Assembly (NCBI RefSeq): GCF_009914755.1
Contig: NC_060947.1
Length of the DNA stretch: 64,000 nt
DNA from: the human T2T-CHM13v2.0 reference genome, Homo sapiens
Strand: one strand, 5' to 3'
Shown: positions 30,392-43,238 of the stretch, piece after piece
Layout of the letters: each line of letters opens with the position of its first letter
Position numbering within the stretch: the first letter of the stretch is position 1
Position numbers and translations under genes: made by a program
Notes under the pieces: model-generated
What the model saw: only the letters and a program-made list of their open reading frames with translations
The model's database searches: none
Told to the model about the DNA's origin: nothing

Positions 30392-31304
30392 CAGCTACAC
30401 TCCAGTCACTGCAGAAAAGCAAAGAGAGATCCAATGAGTGTTTTGGCTGAGGAAGAGGGATTGAGCTTGACCTGTGTGCAAAGCAGAGGGGAGGTGACTT
30501 AATAGCTCCTTTCATCTCTAATGGGTATTCATTCAAGTCAACCAGGATAACACAAGTGTATGCACAAATGTATCACCGGGATGGATGAAGATGTGAAAAA
30601 AACCAGTGACATTTGCCTGCCTTTCTGGAAGTCGATACCAAAGAAAACGTAGTAATCATAGTGATTATGGTAAATCTGTGTGCATAGTTAGTGATTTTTC
30701 TTTCTAGGATTGAAAATGGAAACTCCGCCTTCTCTCCTCCCCTGGGGTTAGAAAGTATGCATACTTTGATTTCTCATCATCCTGGCTTCCTTCTTCAGAA
30801 TGCTGTTGCTCAAAAGCTTTGTCTGTCATCAGGTTGAACATGTTTTGACCTTGAAGCATTACTTTGATCTTAAGGTTAAGTCTCTGATCTTCTTGTTTGA
30901 ATCCAGGAACATAATGTGTTTAGATCCAGATGATTAGATCCCACAATCACCACCTTCAATTCACTCATTCTTTCCTGCATCCATTCATTCAATATTTGTC
31001 TAGCATGTGCTACTCATAAAGCAACCATGTGTATCAGGGGTTTACTAAGTGTAGGAGATGTTCTAGAGGCTAGAAAGGCATTGTTAAGCAAGGCAGATGG
31101 TTATGAGTGATGACTTCCTCTGAGGTAGAGAGCACAAGGCTATGGGGAAATAAAACAATGTGGCCTTGGTCTGTCTGGGAGGCAGAGAGCAGGACTAGAG
31201 AGTGTGACTTTTAGCATAAGCCTAAGCAATATCCAGGAGCAAGAGACAGGAGGAGAAGGCACTGGCATTGTTGGTGGAGTTGGCAGCAAATCCAAGACCA
31301 TGAG

Positions 31305-31702
31305 TGAAATGGTTTGGATTTGCATCCCCATCTAAATCTCATGTTGAATTTTAATCCCCAGTGTAGGAGGTGGGGCCTGGTGGGAGGTGACTGAATCATG
31401 GGGGTGGTTTCTAATAGTTTAGCACCATCCTCCTAGTGCTGTCTCATCATAGAGTTTTCATGAGATCTGGTTATTTAAAAGTGTGCAGCACCTCCCCCTT
31501 CACACTCTCTTCCTCCTGCTTCCACCACGTAAGATGTGCTTGCTACCCCTTCACCTTCTGCCATCATAGAAAGTTTCCCGAAGCCTCCACAGCCATGCTT
31601 CCTGTACAGCCTGTGGAACTGTGAGTCAATTAAACCTCTTTTCTTCATAAATTACCTAGTCTCAGGTAGTTCTCTATAGCAATGCAAGAATAAACATATA
31701 CA
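31305..31702 (+). mobile_element. MSTA/B-like MaLR solo LTR
   Basis: TGAAATGGTTTGGATTTG...GGTGGGGCCTGGTGGGAGG; perfect TSD ATGAG. Confidence 0.9.
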
Positions 31703-31709
31703 ATGAGAT

Positions 31710-32060
31710 ATGTTAGGATAAGCTAGGTTTTGCTGCTGAAATAAAATCCATGAGACATAAATAGCCACAGCTTCAAATGTTATTAATTTCTCACATCACT
31801 GTCTGATGGGGGCTGGGCCATCTCCCTAGGCCTTATAGCTTTGCCGTCTGGAACTCATGACCTCACAGGGGACACCTCACAAGGAAAGAGACAGAAGAAA
31901 AAGGAGTATTGACTACTCACTGCCTGCATGTAGAAATGCCACATGTGCCTTCTGCTCACATCTCACCAGGCAGAACTAGTACTTGGTGCTATGTAATTGT
32001 GGGACAGTCTGAGAAATATAGGAAACCACATGATATCTGGTAATCTGTCAGAGCTACACT
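31710..32060 (-). mobile_element. Old MLT1K/L-like LTR fragment
   Basis: GTTAGGATAAGCTAGGTTTTGCTGC start; CTTCTGCTCACAT...CAGAACTAGT motif. Confidence 0.45.
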
Positions 32061-32572
32061 ATTTCTAGCACAAACCAGGAAGAAGCTAGCTACATTGGAA
32101 GACTGAAAGCCAACCTGAATGACTAGGGCAACGAACAGAGGAGAGACAGCATCATAAAATGAGTTTGGAACCAGAATGGAAGACCACGCCACGCAGTGTC
32201 TTAAGGCCACATTGCTGAGTACTTTAAGGGTAATGGGAGGAGAGCAGAGATGGACAGGGATTGGTTTCTTAGGTCTGAAAATATCTTAAGTGTACAAGAG
32301 TAGATCTAGAGGTTACAATCATTGACTACTGATGACAATACATAGGCTAAAATGCTCTACAAACAAGACAATCAGTAAAACTTCATCATTCCGAAACACA
32401 TCAACAAAACTTTGTAATTCAGAAGTAAATCAGCATCCTATTCAATGTCAGTAGGTTATGCATTAATCAGTATGTCAACAGTCTGAGAAACTTATGTTAA
32501 GATTCTTTGCTCAGAGATGGAGTCTCCGTGCATCACAAGACCTTCTTAAGGCAGGTTAGTTTGGAAGCCTGC

Positions 32573-33358
32573 TGATATAGTTTGGATGTGTTTTGCCACC
32601 CAAATTTTATATGGAAATGTAATCTCCAACATTGGAGGTGGGGCCTAGTGGGAGGTGACTTGATCATGGGGGTGGATTTCTTATAAATGGTTTAGCCCCA
32701 TTCACCAAGTGTTGTCATTGTGATAGTGAGCGAGTTCTCATGATATCTGGGTGTTTGAAAGTGTGTCGCATCTCCCCCACTCTCTTTCTTCCTCCTGCTC
32801 CAGCCATGTAACATGCCTGCTCCCCCTTCACCTTCTGCCACGATTGAAAGTATCCTGAGGCCTCACCAGAAGCTGTCATGCTTCTTATACAACCTACAGA
32901 ACCATAAGCCACTTAAACCTTTTTTAAAAAAATTACTCACTCTCAGGTATTTCTTTATAGAAATGCAAGAACAGACTCACACAGAAAATTGGTGTTGGAG
33001 GTGGGGCCTGGTGGGAGGTGATTGAATCATGGAGGTGGGTTTCTTATGAATGATTTAGCACCATCCACTTTGGTGCTGCCTTCATAATAGTGAGTTCACA
33101 TCAGATCTGGTTGTTTAAAAGTGTGTAACACCTCCCCTCTGGCTCTCTTGCTGCTGTTCTGGCCATGTGATATGCCTGCTCCCCCTTCACATTCTGCCAT
33201 GATTGTAAGTTTCCCAAGGCCTCCCCAGTGACTGAGCAGATTCCAGCGTTGTGCTTCCTGTACAACCTGTAGAACTATGAGCCAGTTAAACCTCTCTTCT
33301 TTATATATTACCCAGTCTCAGGTATGTCTTTATAGCAGTGTGAGAATGGGCTAATACC
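32573..33358 (+). mobile_element. MSTB-like provirus remnant: 5' LTR + 10 bp internal + 5'-truncated 3' LTR
   Basis: LTR1 32573-32983, GAAAATTGGT (MST-int start) 32984-32993, LTR2 to 33358; a perfect CCTGC TSD flanks the whole. Confidence 0.88.
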
Positions 33359-33545
33359 CCTGCCAAATGTGACCTGCAGTTTATCAAAGTCAACAAATTA
33401 AAAAGCTGCAGGGGTGATACAAGTGAGAGGAGGTAAGATTGTGGATGCAGTCCATGGCTGTGGGCATCAACATAGAGAGAAAAGAACTTGTTGGAGGGAT
33501 ATTAAAGATAAGCATGACCTGAGACTAATAACTGGGTTTGGGGCA

Positions 33546-34396
33546 TGCGGCAGGCAGAATAAAAATGCACATGTCCTAATCCTTGGAGCTTGTGAATACG
33601 CAACCTTTCTTGTCAAAAGGGAGTTTGCAGATGTGATTAAGTTAAGGTTCCTGAGATGGGAAGTTGATCCTGGATTAGCCAGGTGGCCCTGTGTCATCAC
33701 AAGGGTCCTTATAAGAAAGAGGCAAGAGGGTCAGAGTCAGAGAGAGATTTGAAGGTGCTATTGATATTGCAGAAGAATGATCAATAGCATCTTCAAATCT
33801 GATCTTGAAGAAGGAAAGCATGAGCCAGGGAATGCTGGCAGCCTATAGACATTGGAAGTGACAAGGAAACAGATTTTTCCCTACAGTTTGTAGAAAGAAA
33901 CACTGCTATTTTAGTCTGTTTTCACACTGATGATAAAGACATATCCCAAACTGGGTAATTTATAAACAAAAAGACATTTAATGGACTCACAGTTCAACAT
34001 GGCTGGGGAGGCCTCACAATCATGGCAGAAGGCAAAAGGAACATCTTACATGGTGGCAGGCAAGTGAGAGTTTGTGCAGGGAAACTCCCCTTTATAAAAC
34101 CATCAGATCTCATGAGACTTATTCACTATCATGAGAACAGCATGGGAAAGACCTGCTTGCATGATTCAGTTACCTCCCACTGGGTCGTCCCACAACACAT
34201 GAGAATTGTGGGAGCTACACTTCAAGATGAAATTTCGGTGGGGACACAGCCAAATCATATCGACTGCCCTGCCTACACCTTGATGTTAACCCAAGCAGGA
34301 CTTTTCATCTCCAAAACAGTAAAATAGTACTTGGGTGTTTTTTAAAGCCCCTAAGTTTATGGTAGTTGGTTACCGCAGCCACAGGAAGAAAATACA
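33546..34396 (+). mobile_element. MLT1D-like LTR split by THE1
   Basis: TGCGGCAGGCAGAATAA...TTTGCAGATGTGATTAAGTTAAGG...GGTTACCGCAGCCACAGGAA. Confidence 0.8.
33907..34262 (-). mobile_element. THE1B/C-like solo LTR
   Basis: THE1 core motifs; perfect TSD ACTGC. Confidence 0.9.
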
Positions 34397-34536
34397 GGAC
34401 AGATGAGGAGAGAGACAGCAGGTTGATTCCCAGGTTGTGGAGGACAACTACATGGATGGTGGATCTCTCACCTGGTCCTTCCACAGAGGAGTAGTTCTGG
34501 GAATAAATACATATTTTCTTTTGCACACCTTGCATT

Positions 34537-35009
34537 TGTAACCATGACAGAGCAATCTGTTTCAACTTTTATGTAACAAAGTTATGAGTTGTTTTTCAGT
34601 TATCATGCATCCCCAGTTTAAGGTCACCTAACCTGGGCATTCCCAGATGAACCAAGGTGGAACCTAAGTCCTTGGAACAAGGAATGGGAACTGAATTAAG
34701 AAGCAGACACTGCATGGCAGGATCCACGATCCAATCAGATTGAGCCCTGGTGTCACCACATGGCGGAATCCAGTCAGATGACGCCTCCCACCCTCACCTC
34801 ATTGCAAGATCCAATCACATCATGCCTCATTATTCCATGTTTATAAAACCCAACCTATCTCCCAATCAGGGAGACAGATTTGAGCATTTCCTCCTGTCTC
34901 CTTTCCTTGCCAGTTGAGTTGCAATAAAGCTTTTCTTTTCTCAAAAGCCAGTGTCATGGAATTGGCTTCTTTTTGCGTCAGACAAGAGCCCATTGATTGC
35001 TCAGTAACA
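34537..35009 (+). mobile_element. ERV solo LTR (4-bp TSD suggests class I; family not named)
   Basis: TGTAAC...GTAACA termini, CATT TSD, internal GATCCAATCA(G/C)AT repeats, TATAAAA and AATAAA. Confidence 0.82.
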
Positions 35010-35715
35010 CATTTGAGATGGAAATGGATGGTAGACAATTGGCTAGAAATCCAGAGTTCTGAGGCCAAGTTCTCTGCGCTGAGGACAGAGAAGAGCTGGT
35101 GTTCAAGCTGTTTGACCATGGGTCTGAATGAATCTGTGACTGCCTTCCGGCCTTAGAAAAACAAAATAGCCATATCCGTGCAGGCTATTAATCAACTGGG
35201 TGTGCAAGTCCTTCACACAACAGCCAACACGCACACCATCCTTATAGATGGTGCAGATGAACACATAGCCATTGAGAACATCTTGCAGAACATCAATGTT
35301 TAGTGTACCAACTATGAACAACACACTATTTTTTTACTTCAGATCTCATAGCATTTTCCTCTGGTTCCTTCAAATATTTTAATCTATTGGTCTTTCTCCT
35401 TCTCAACATGTTTCCTAGTTTTCTATAACCATTGCCAAGTCCTCTGCATCTTAAAATAAACTCCCTCTCATTTTGATAGTATGGCTTCCATCAGTCACAT
35501 TAGTGAGAGTCATTGCAGAGGTGACAGGGAAGGACAGAATTCAAACAGCATTTGGTGTAGGAGAAAATAAGCCAGAGCTATCATAAGGAGAGTGTAGAGG
35601 AGGAAAAATGAATTCCTGGGCACCAGTCTATGGAGATGCAGCAAAATCACCAAGGGGGGTGTTTTCTTTGATTTTATTTTCCTCTGAGTTGTGGATTTTA
35701 GGTTTGTTGAACAAT

Positions 35716-36145
<430 letters not shown>

Positions 36146-36706
36146 TTATGCACATGACACTGCTTTGAATAGATTCAGCCTCCTTTATACCTGGGAAACC
36201 ACTCCCTATCCAGTTAGCACCAGTTGCCAGAAAGCTCTATTGTATAATATCAAACTCAATCTGATCGTTAATGTTACTTACCTCAGCCTTGTGCCTCCAA
36301 GAGTTTATAGATCTTGAAATAAAAGACATCTTGTAGGTTGTAAGGTTGTCTACATTTCCTCATCCTAAGAAAAAGAGAAAAGTGGCAAAGAAGGAAGAGG
36401 AGGAGGAAGAAGAAAAGGAGGAGGAGGAGGTGGAGGCTTGGTCATAACACTTAGCCTCTGTGGCTAAGAAAGTTCAGTTCCAGCCTGAAACCTATTCGGC
36501 ATGTTGAATAATGTTCTACTTCTTTGAGTTCATGTTATCACTGGACTATCTTATTGTTTTAGGATGCGTATGGCTGATACTAAATTCTTATTCCATTCCT
36601 TGAGTACTAAGGTTTCGTGAAGTAATTTGAACACAAAAGTCCACTAACAGATTGCTTCTATTATTGCTGTAACCTGAGCAGTATTGAGTTTTCCTTCTTT
36701 CTAAGG

Positions 36707-36924
36707 CAGACATTGGCAAATGATGGTACTGGTCCAACCCAGCCTGCTTCTGTTTTTGTAAATGAAATTTTATGGACATGAAGTCATGACCATTTGTTTA
36801 CACATTGCCTGTTGCTGTTTTCATGCTGTAGAAGTAGATTTGAGAAATTGTGGAGACCCCATGGCCCCAAGAGCCTAAAATACACATCCTCTGGCCCTTC
36901 ACCAAAAACATTTGTTAGTTCCTG
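36707..36924. mobile_element. MER58A-like hAT-Charlie MITE
   Basis: CTGTTTTTGTAAATGAAATTTT...GAGCCTAAAATAC...CTGGCCCTT. Confidence 0.72.
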
Positions 36925-37090
36925 CTGTAGAAGATCAATAGTCTTGTGGAGCAAAGTGTGTAGCAAAACAGATTCCTCGTCTGTGATATGCTTGCTGTTT
37001 AATATTTTTATGACTACCATGATATCGACTAAGTAAGGAAATAATTGAGAGAAAATCACAAGCCATTCATGAGTACTAAAGAAAAGATTT

Positions 37091-38090
37091 AAAAGAGAGA
37101 AAGGAAGGAAGGAAGGAGGAGAAAGAAAGGAAGAGGAAGGAAGAAAGGAAGGAGGGGAAGAGGAAGGGAGGGAGGGAAGGAAAAAAGGAGGAAGGGAAAG
37201 AAGGAGGAAGGGAGGATGGGAGGAAGTGAAGAAAAGAAGGAAGGAGGGAAGGAAGGAAAGAAGAAGGGAGGGAAGGAAGGAAGGAATGGAGGGAAGGAAG
37301 GAAGGAAAGAAGGGAGGGAAGGAAGAAAGGAAGGAAGAAGGGAGGGAGGGAAGGAAGGAAGGGAGGGAGGGAAGGAAGGAGGGAAGGAAGGAGGGAAGGA
37401 AGGAGGGAAGGAAGGAGGGAGGGAAGGAAGGAAGAAAGGAAGGAAGGAAAGGAGGGAGGGAAGGAAGAAAGGAAGGAAGGGAGGGAGGGAAGGAAGGAAG
37501 GAGGGAAGGAAGGAGGGAGGGAAGGAAGGAAGGGAGGGAGGGAAGGAAGAAAGGAAGGAAGGGAGGGAGGGAAGGAAGGAAGGAGGGAAGGAAGGAGGGA
37601 GGGAAGGAAGGAAGAAATGAATGAAGGAAGGATGGGAGGGAGGGAAGGAAGGAAGGAGGGAAGGAAGGACGGAGGGAGGGAAGGAAGAAAGGATGGGAGG
37701 GAGGGAAGGAAGGAGGGAAGGAAGGAGGGAGGGAGGGAAGAAAGGAAGGAGGGAGGGAAGGAAGAAAGGAAGGAAGGGAGGGAGGGAAGGAAGGAAGGAG
37801 GGAAGGAAGGAGGGATGGAGGAAAGGAAGAAAGGAAGGAAGGAAGGGAGGGAGGGAAGGAAGGAAGGAGGGAAGGAAGGAGGGAGGGAGGGAAGGAAGGA
37901 AGGAGGGAGGGAAGGAAGGAAGGAGAAAGGGAAGGAGGAGGGAGAAAGGGAAGGAAGGAGGGAGGGAGGGAAGGATGGAAAGAGGGAAGGAAGGAAGAAG
38001 GAATGGAGGGACAGAAGGAAGGAGGGAGAAAAGGAAGAAAGGAAGGAAAGAAGGAAGGAAGGAAGCAAGGAAGGGAGAGAGAAAGGAAGA
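37091..38090. repeat. 1-kb (GGAA/GGGA/GAAA)n homopurine tract
   Basis: About 13 pyrimidines in 1000 nt by hand count; uninterrupted purines 37288-37617. Confidence 0.97.
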
Positions 38091-38217
38091 TGCCATACCA
38101 AGAGCAGTGAGACCATGTAGAATTCTACCCTAAAGATGAACAATAAAATATGCAAGAAAAAGTGTTTACTTTCATAACATAATTCTCTTTCCTACATATA
38201 AAATGTCTGTCTGGACC

Positions 38218-38248
<31 letters not shown>

Positions 38249-38460
38249 CTTCTCCTACTTATGTTCACATACAGAGTTTCTTTCAGTATTCTGACTTCAA
38301 TTTCATTCTCCAACATTTTTTCTCTGTGATATGGGACTATTTAAGTCTAACATCTGCAGTTCTTGGAAAAGGCGATTGTTTCAAACATATCTAATAACAT
38401 CTTATGGGTCTTCACAATTGAAGAGGAACTATATTTTACTTTGAATATGCTGACATATAT

Positions 38461-38850
38461 TAACATGGTTAGGATTTGTGTCCCCAACCAAATCTCATCT
38501 TGAATCGTAATCCCCATAATCCCCACGTGTCAAAGGAGAGACCAGGTGGAGGTAATTGTATCGTGGGGTCAGATTCCCCCATGCTGTTCTCATGAACATG
38601 CTGTTCTCAAGTGAGTTCTCATGAGATCTGATGGTTTTATAAGAGGCTCTTCCCCTTTGCTCAGAACTTCTCCTTCCTGTCACCTTGTAAAGAAGGTGCC
38701 TTGCTTCCCTTTTGCCTTCCGCCACGATTGTAAGTTTCTGGAAGCCTCCAGAAGCCTCATGTTAAACTGTGAGTCAATTAAACCTCTTCCCTTTAAATAT
38801 TACCCAGGCTCAGGCAGTTCTTCATAGCTGTATGAAAATGGACTAATATA
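38461..38850 (+). mobile_element. THE1D-like solo LTR
   Basis: ATGGTTAGGATTTGTGTCCCC...GAGAGACCAGGTGGAGG...GGACTAATATA; small internal duplication CATGCTGTTCTCA x2. Confidence 0.88.
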
Positions 38851-38889
38851 TTCAGATAGAATTTGGATGTTAGTTATCTGTATTTACAG

Positions 38890-39271
38890 TGAAATAGTTT
38901 GGCTCTGTGTCCCCACCCAAATCTCATGTTGAGTTTTAATCCCCAGTGTTGGGGGAGAGGCCTGTTGGGAGGTGATTAAATCATGGGGGTGGATTTCTCC
39001 CTTGCTATTCTCATGATAGAGTTCTCACAAGATCTGGTTGTTTTAAAGTGTGTAGCACTTCCTCCTTCACCGTATCTCTTTCTTCCAGGCCATGTGAAGA
39101 TGGACCTACCTCCCCTTTGCCTTCTCCAATAATTGTAAGTTTCCTGAAGCCTCCCCAGAAGCAGAAGTCTGTACAACCTGCAGAACCACGAACACAATTA
39201 AACCTCTTTTCCTTATAAATTACCCAGTCTCAGGTATTTTTTTCACAGCAGTGTGAAAACAGGCTAATACA
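38890..39271 (+). mobile_element. MSTA-like solo LTR
   Basis: TGAAATAGTTTGGCTCTGTGTCCCC...GGCTAATACA; perfect TSD TACAG. Confidence 0.9.
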
Positions 39272-40219
39272 TACAGCATGAATTTTGACATGATTTGACT
39301 TCCTTTTGAAATTTGATAACATATGTTAACACAGCCCACTCCAGCCCTTCTCTGAGAATGACCTGCTGGCCTTCATACCTATATTTCTGGGACATACACA
39401 GCATGAAACCACTTGGGTATTTATGCTAGGTCTGACCTATAAATTTTAGTGATTTCATATTGCCTCTAATAAGTTAAGATGCAGTGACTACCTTTCCACA
39501 GTGGTTTCCAGTTGCTATCCAAGTTTCATTGTAGGCTATGTCAATGCTGAGAGGTGAATATCAGTTCAGAGGACTTTGCTAGATATCTTTCTTTTTTCTT
39601 TTTCATTCTTTCACCTTCTGCTCTGCGCATGATAATACCCTTCAATAATGCAAAATGGTGCAATAGTTGTTCTTCAGCAATGATTCTGCCAGACCTTAAC
39701 AACCATAATCTTTAGCAACAAGTTCAGGAAGAATTACACTTTCAACATTTCACAAGGTCATGGAGTTAATACTTATATCCATTTTTCTTCATTTGTCATG
39801 AACATCCTAACTGTTGTATATTACCAGACCATCAAAATTTGTCCTATTAAAATGCATATTAGAAAATTTAATATTCAAAGGATAATGGAGTAATTTTTTT
39901 CCATTTCTGGAAAGTGTACAATAGGAATCAGTTATTCAATGCTGATATAAGAAAAAAAAACTCACTTACTCTATGAAAATAAGCAAGTGATCATAGACAA
40001 ACATACATGGGGCCTGAGGCTGGAGTGTGGGTTGAAAAGAAGGTAACAATGTGCAGTGTAATACAAGGTTAGAGTGAGCAGACTATGGTTAACTTAGACC
40101 AGGGACTACATGTCCTTTTTCATCAAGGCTGCCTTAGGCACAGAGAACTGTCCACAAGGTCCCTGATGTCTACAAACTTCCCAGTTCTCCGTTGTTTTTG
40201 TTACAAAATTAATTTTTTT

Positions 40220-40575
40220 AATGAAGAAAAATACAAACATTACTGAAAGACGTAGAAGACACAAATATAAATGAAGTCATATGGCATGATTTTGGATGAG
40301 ACTTTTCGATATTGTTAACATGTTAGATATTTCAGAGTTAGCATATCAGGTTTGACACAACACTAATGAAAACCACAATGGAATTTTGCTCTGTTCTTTA
40401 GATTAAGAAGTGATTTTTCTGATCATCTGAAAGAACAAACATACAAGCACAGTCATGGCAATTTGAGTAAAAAGATCAATACAGGAAGAGAGAGGAAGAT
40501 TTGAATTATCTTGGTATAAATTTCAAATTATTAAAATCATGTTATAGTATAATAGCTGTGTGGTGACTGATTATG
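40220..40575 (+). mobile_element. Highly diverged L1M ORF2 fragment
   Basis: Degenerate match to the L1 ORF2 KENYKTLLKEI...WYW region. Confidence 0.5.
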
Positions 40576-40859
40576 CAAAAAATGAAGTAGCCAAATAAAA
40601 AACAAATGAAAAAGCAAAAAAGCAAAAGCGTATTGGATTGCCTTGTAATGCAAGGCTATAAGCATTTGGATTAATTCTTTAGGAAAAAAAATTCATTTCT
40701 TACCTAATTGAACCCCAGGATTAAATATAGTTGTTAGGAGTCCCTCTTCCAGTTCAAGAAAGAATATCACTCTCATCTTAATAAACAAAACAATAGATAT
40801 TTGTTAAAAAGATGTTTTAAGTTAAAAAAATCATAGTTTCTTAAACATTTGTGGTTTTT

Positions 40860-41170
40860 TAGGTTTGTTTTCGGTTTTGTTTCGTTTTGAGATGGTCTTG
40901 CTCTATTGTCCATGCTAGAGTGCAGTGGTACCATCGTAGCTCACTGCAGACTTAAACTCCCATGCTTATGGGATCCTCCCACCTCAACCTCCAGAGTAGT
41001 TGGGACTACAGGCACATGCCACCATGCCCAGCTAATTTTAAAAAATAATTTTATAGAGACAGGGTCTCGCTGTGTTGCCCAGGCTTGTCTTGAAGTACTG
41101 GCCTCAAGCAATCCTCCTGCCTTGGCCTCCCAAAGTGCTGGGATTATAGGCATGAACCATTGCACCTAGC
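40860..41170 (-). mobile_element. AluJ
   Basis: CATCGTAGCTCACTGCAG, GAGACAGGGTCTCGCTGTGTTGCCCAGGCT, GGCCTCAAGCAATCCTCC. Confidence 0.9.
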
Positions 41171-41769
41171 TAAAAATTTTAATTAAACCTCAGGAAACAA
41201 TGAAACACCTATAAACTCAATTCCAAAAAGTAACAGCTCTATATAAGAAAGAAAATACCCCTGACTACTTTCATCTTTGTTGGAGTTGGAGAGGCAGAGG
41301 AAGCTGCTAATGTGGGAAAGGAGACACTAGCTAAACTTTTTATAAAATGTAGTGACCACAGGCAGGTAGGCATATCAGGTTAGACAACTTAGGAGTCCTA
41401 GTCTCTGAACATATCTTCATCCACCTGCCACCTGCTTCCCAAACCTCTCTACAGAGGGTAGAGTGATAGTACATCAAATGTGGTGGAGACAGGAAGAAAG
41501 AGCTGGGAGACATAGCTCTGCAGACACAAGGAATCTACCCCAAGTTCAAGGCAGCCTCTCTCAGAAGGTAGGGATCAGGGAAGGAAGCCTGAATGAAACC
41601 CTGCATGGTCATCTCTGACCTTTACAGAGTATGGGACAATAGCCCTCCAAAGACTGAAGGCAGTGTCACAAGGTGGAGAAAGTTCTCTTGAGGTACAGAA
41701 AGCTGGGCATGAGAGACAGAGCAAATAGGCATGCCAGCAATACCTGAAAAATAGCATCGAAACATTCCA

Positions 41770-42570
41770 TGAAAAATTCCAGACATAAACAATTCCCAAG
41801 TTTTAAATTGCATGTTGTTCTAAGTAGTATGTATTATTCTGTTCTCACAGTACTATTACTACCCAAGACTGGGTAATTTATAAAGAAAAGAAGTTTAATT
41901 GACTCACAGTTCCACATGGCTGGGGAGGCCCCAAGAAACTTACAATCATGGCAGAAAGCAAAGCAGGCACATCTTACATGGTGGCAGGAGAGAGAGCATG
42001 CAAGGAGGAGAAATGCCAGATGCTTATAAAACCATCATATCTCATGAGAACTCACTCACTATCACAAGAAGAGCATGGGGAAACCATCCCCATAATCCAA
42101 TCACTTCCCATCAGGTCTCTCCCTAAATACTTGTGGATTGCAATTCAAGATGAGATTTGCATGGGGACACAAAGCCTAACCATATCATAGCATCATGAAA
42201 TCTGCCAGCATCCCTCTCTGTCCTGCCTGGAACATGAATCAACTTTCTTTTCAGCATATCTATGCGGTAGACATTTAGGAGCCATCTCAGTTATCAGATC
42301 CACTGTCCTGGTATGGCAGTGCCTGTGGTCAAATAACCCTTATTTTCCTCAATAAGCACAAGAGTGGACATGCCAGCATGTTGTTATAATTGTTCTACTT
42401 TGTTATCAGTTCTGTTAATCTCTCATTGTGCCTAATTTATAAACTAAACTTTGTCATAGGTATGTAGATATAGGAAAAATATAGTATTAATATCTATAGG
42501 GTTAAGTATTCTCTGCAGTTTCAGGCATTCACTAGGGGTCTTGGAACATATCCCCTTTGGTAAAGGGGAA
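41770..42570. mobile_element. MER44/Tigger7-family DNA transposon split by THE1
   Basis: GAAAAATTCCAGACATAAACAATTC...AAATTGC and GTTTCAGGCATTCACTAGGGGTCTTGGAACATATCCCC end. Confidence 0.78.
41830..42187 (-). mobile_element. THE1D/MSTA-like solo LTR
   Basis: TGTATT...AAAGCCTAACCATATCA; TSD TAGTA/TAGCA. Confidence 0.88.
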
Positions 42571-42634
42571 AAAATGGAGTATAATTTTTCTAAAGTTGAC
42601 TGTGATATGTTAAAGATAAATATTGAATTATCTA

Positions 42635-43180
42635 CAGTCATGCTTTTTAACAGAACTTTCTGAGATGATGAAAGTTGCATTAGCCTGTTGGAAATGATAT
42701 AATAAAATACCAGAGACTGTGTAGCTTATAAACAACACTAACATATTTCTCATAGTCTGGGAGGCTGGAAGTCCAAAATTGAGACACCAGCAGATTCAGT
42801 GCCTGATGAGGACCTGCTTCCTGCTTCATAGATGACACCTTCTCACTGTGTTCTCACATAGTAGAAGGGGTAAGGGAACACGAATCCCATTCACAAGGCC
42901 CCACTCTCATGACCTTATCACCTCCCAAAGTACCCACTTTCTACTACCATCATTTTGGGGGTTAGGTTTCAATACAGGAATTTGGTGAGAGGACATAAAT
43001 ATTTAGTCTATAGCAGAAGTATTCTACATCATTCAATATGGTAACCATCAGCCACCTTGGCTAGTGAGCACTTGAAGTGTGGCTGGTGTGATTGAGGGGC
43101 AAATTTTTAAAATTGTATTTAATTCTACTTTCTTTCAATATCCATATATGACTAGCAAGTACCATATTGGAAAGTAAAGC
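42635..43180. mobile_element. MER3-like hAT MITE split by MLT1A
   Basis: AGAACTTTCTGAGATGATGAAAGT | ATTCTAC...CAATATGGTAACC...GAGCACTTGAAGTGTGGCT...TACCATATTGGA. Confidence 0.7.
42676..43015 (-). mobile_element. MLT1A-like LTR
   Basis: GGAGGCTGGAAGTCC...CAGCAGATTCAGTG...TTTAGTCTATAGCA; TSD AAAGT/GAAGT. Confidence 0.8.
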
Positions 43181-43238
43181 TCCAGGGTAGAGGTGGGCAA
43201 CCTTTTTCTATTAAACACCAGGCAGTATATAGTCATAG

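Noticed and set aside
30134-30536. Poly-Trp and poly-Thr ORFs
   Set aside because: Produced by the (TGG)n repeat.
30690-30752. Acceptor-like TTTTTTCTTTCTAG followed by a short candidate exon
   Set aside because: Donor is weak (GGG|GTTAGA) and there are no partner exons.
35160-35324. Protein-looking stretch open on both strands (NKIAISVQAINQLG... and MLFIVGTLNIDV...)
   Set aside because: Short, no recognisable homology, no convincing splice sites or processed-pseudogene hallmarks.
37076-38155. Long ORFs (359 aa and 335 aa on minus; 130-170 aa on plus)
   Set aside because: Low-complexity PSFL or EGRK translations of the purine microsatellite, which lacks stop codons by composition.
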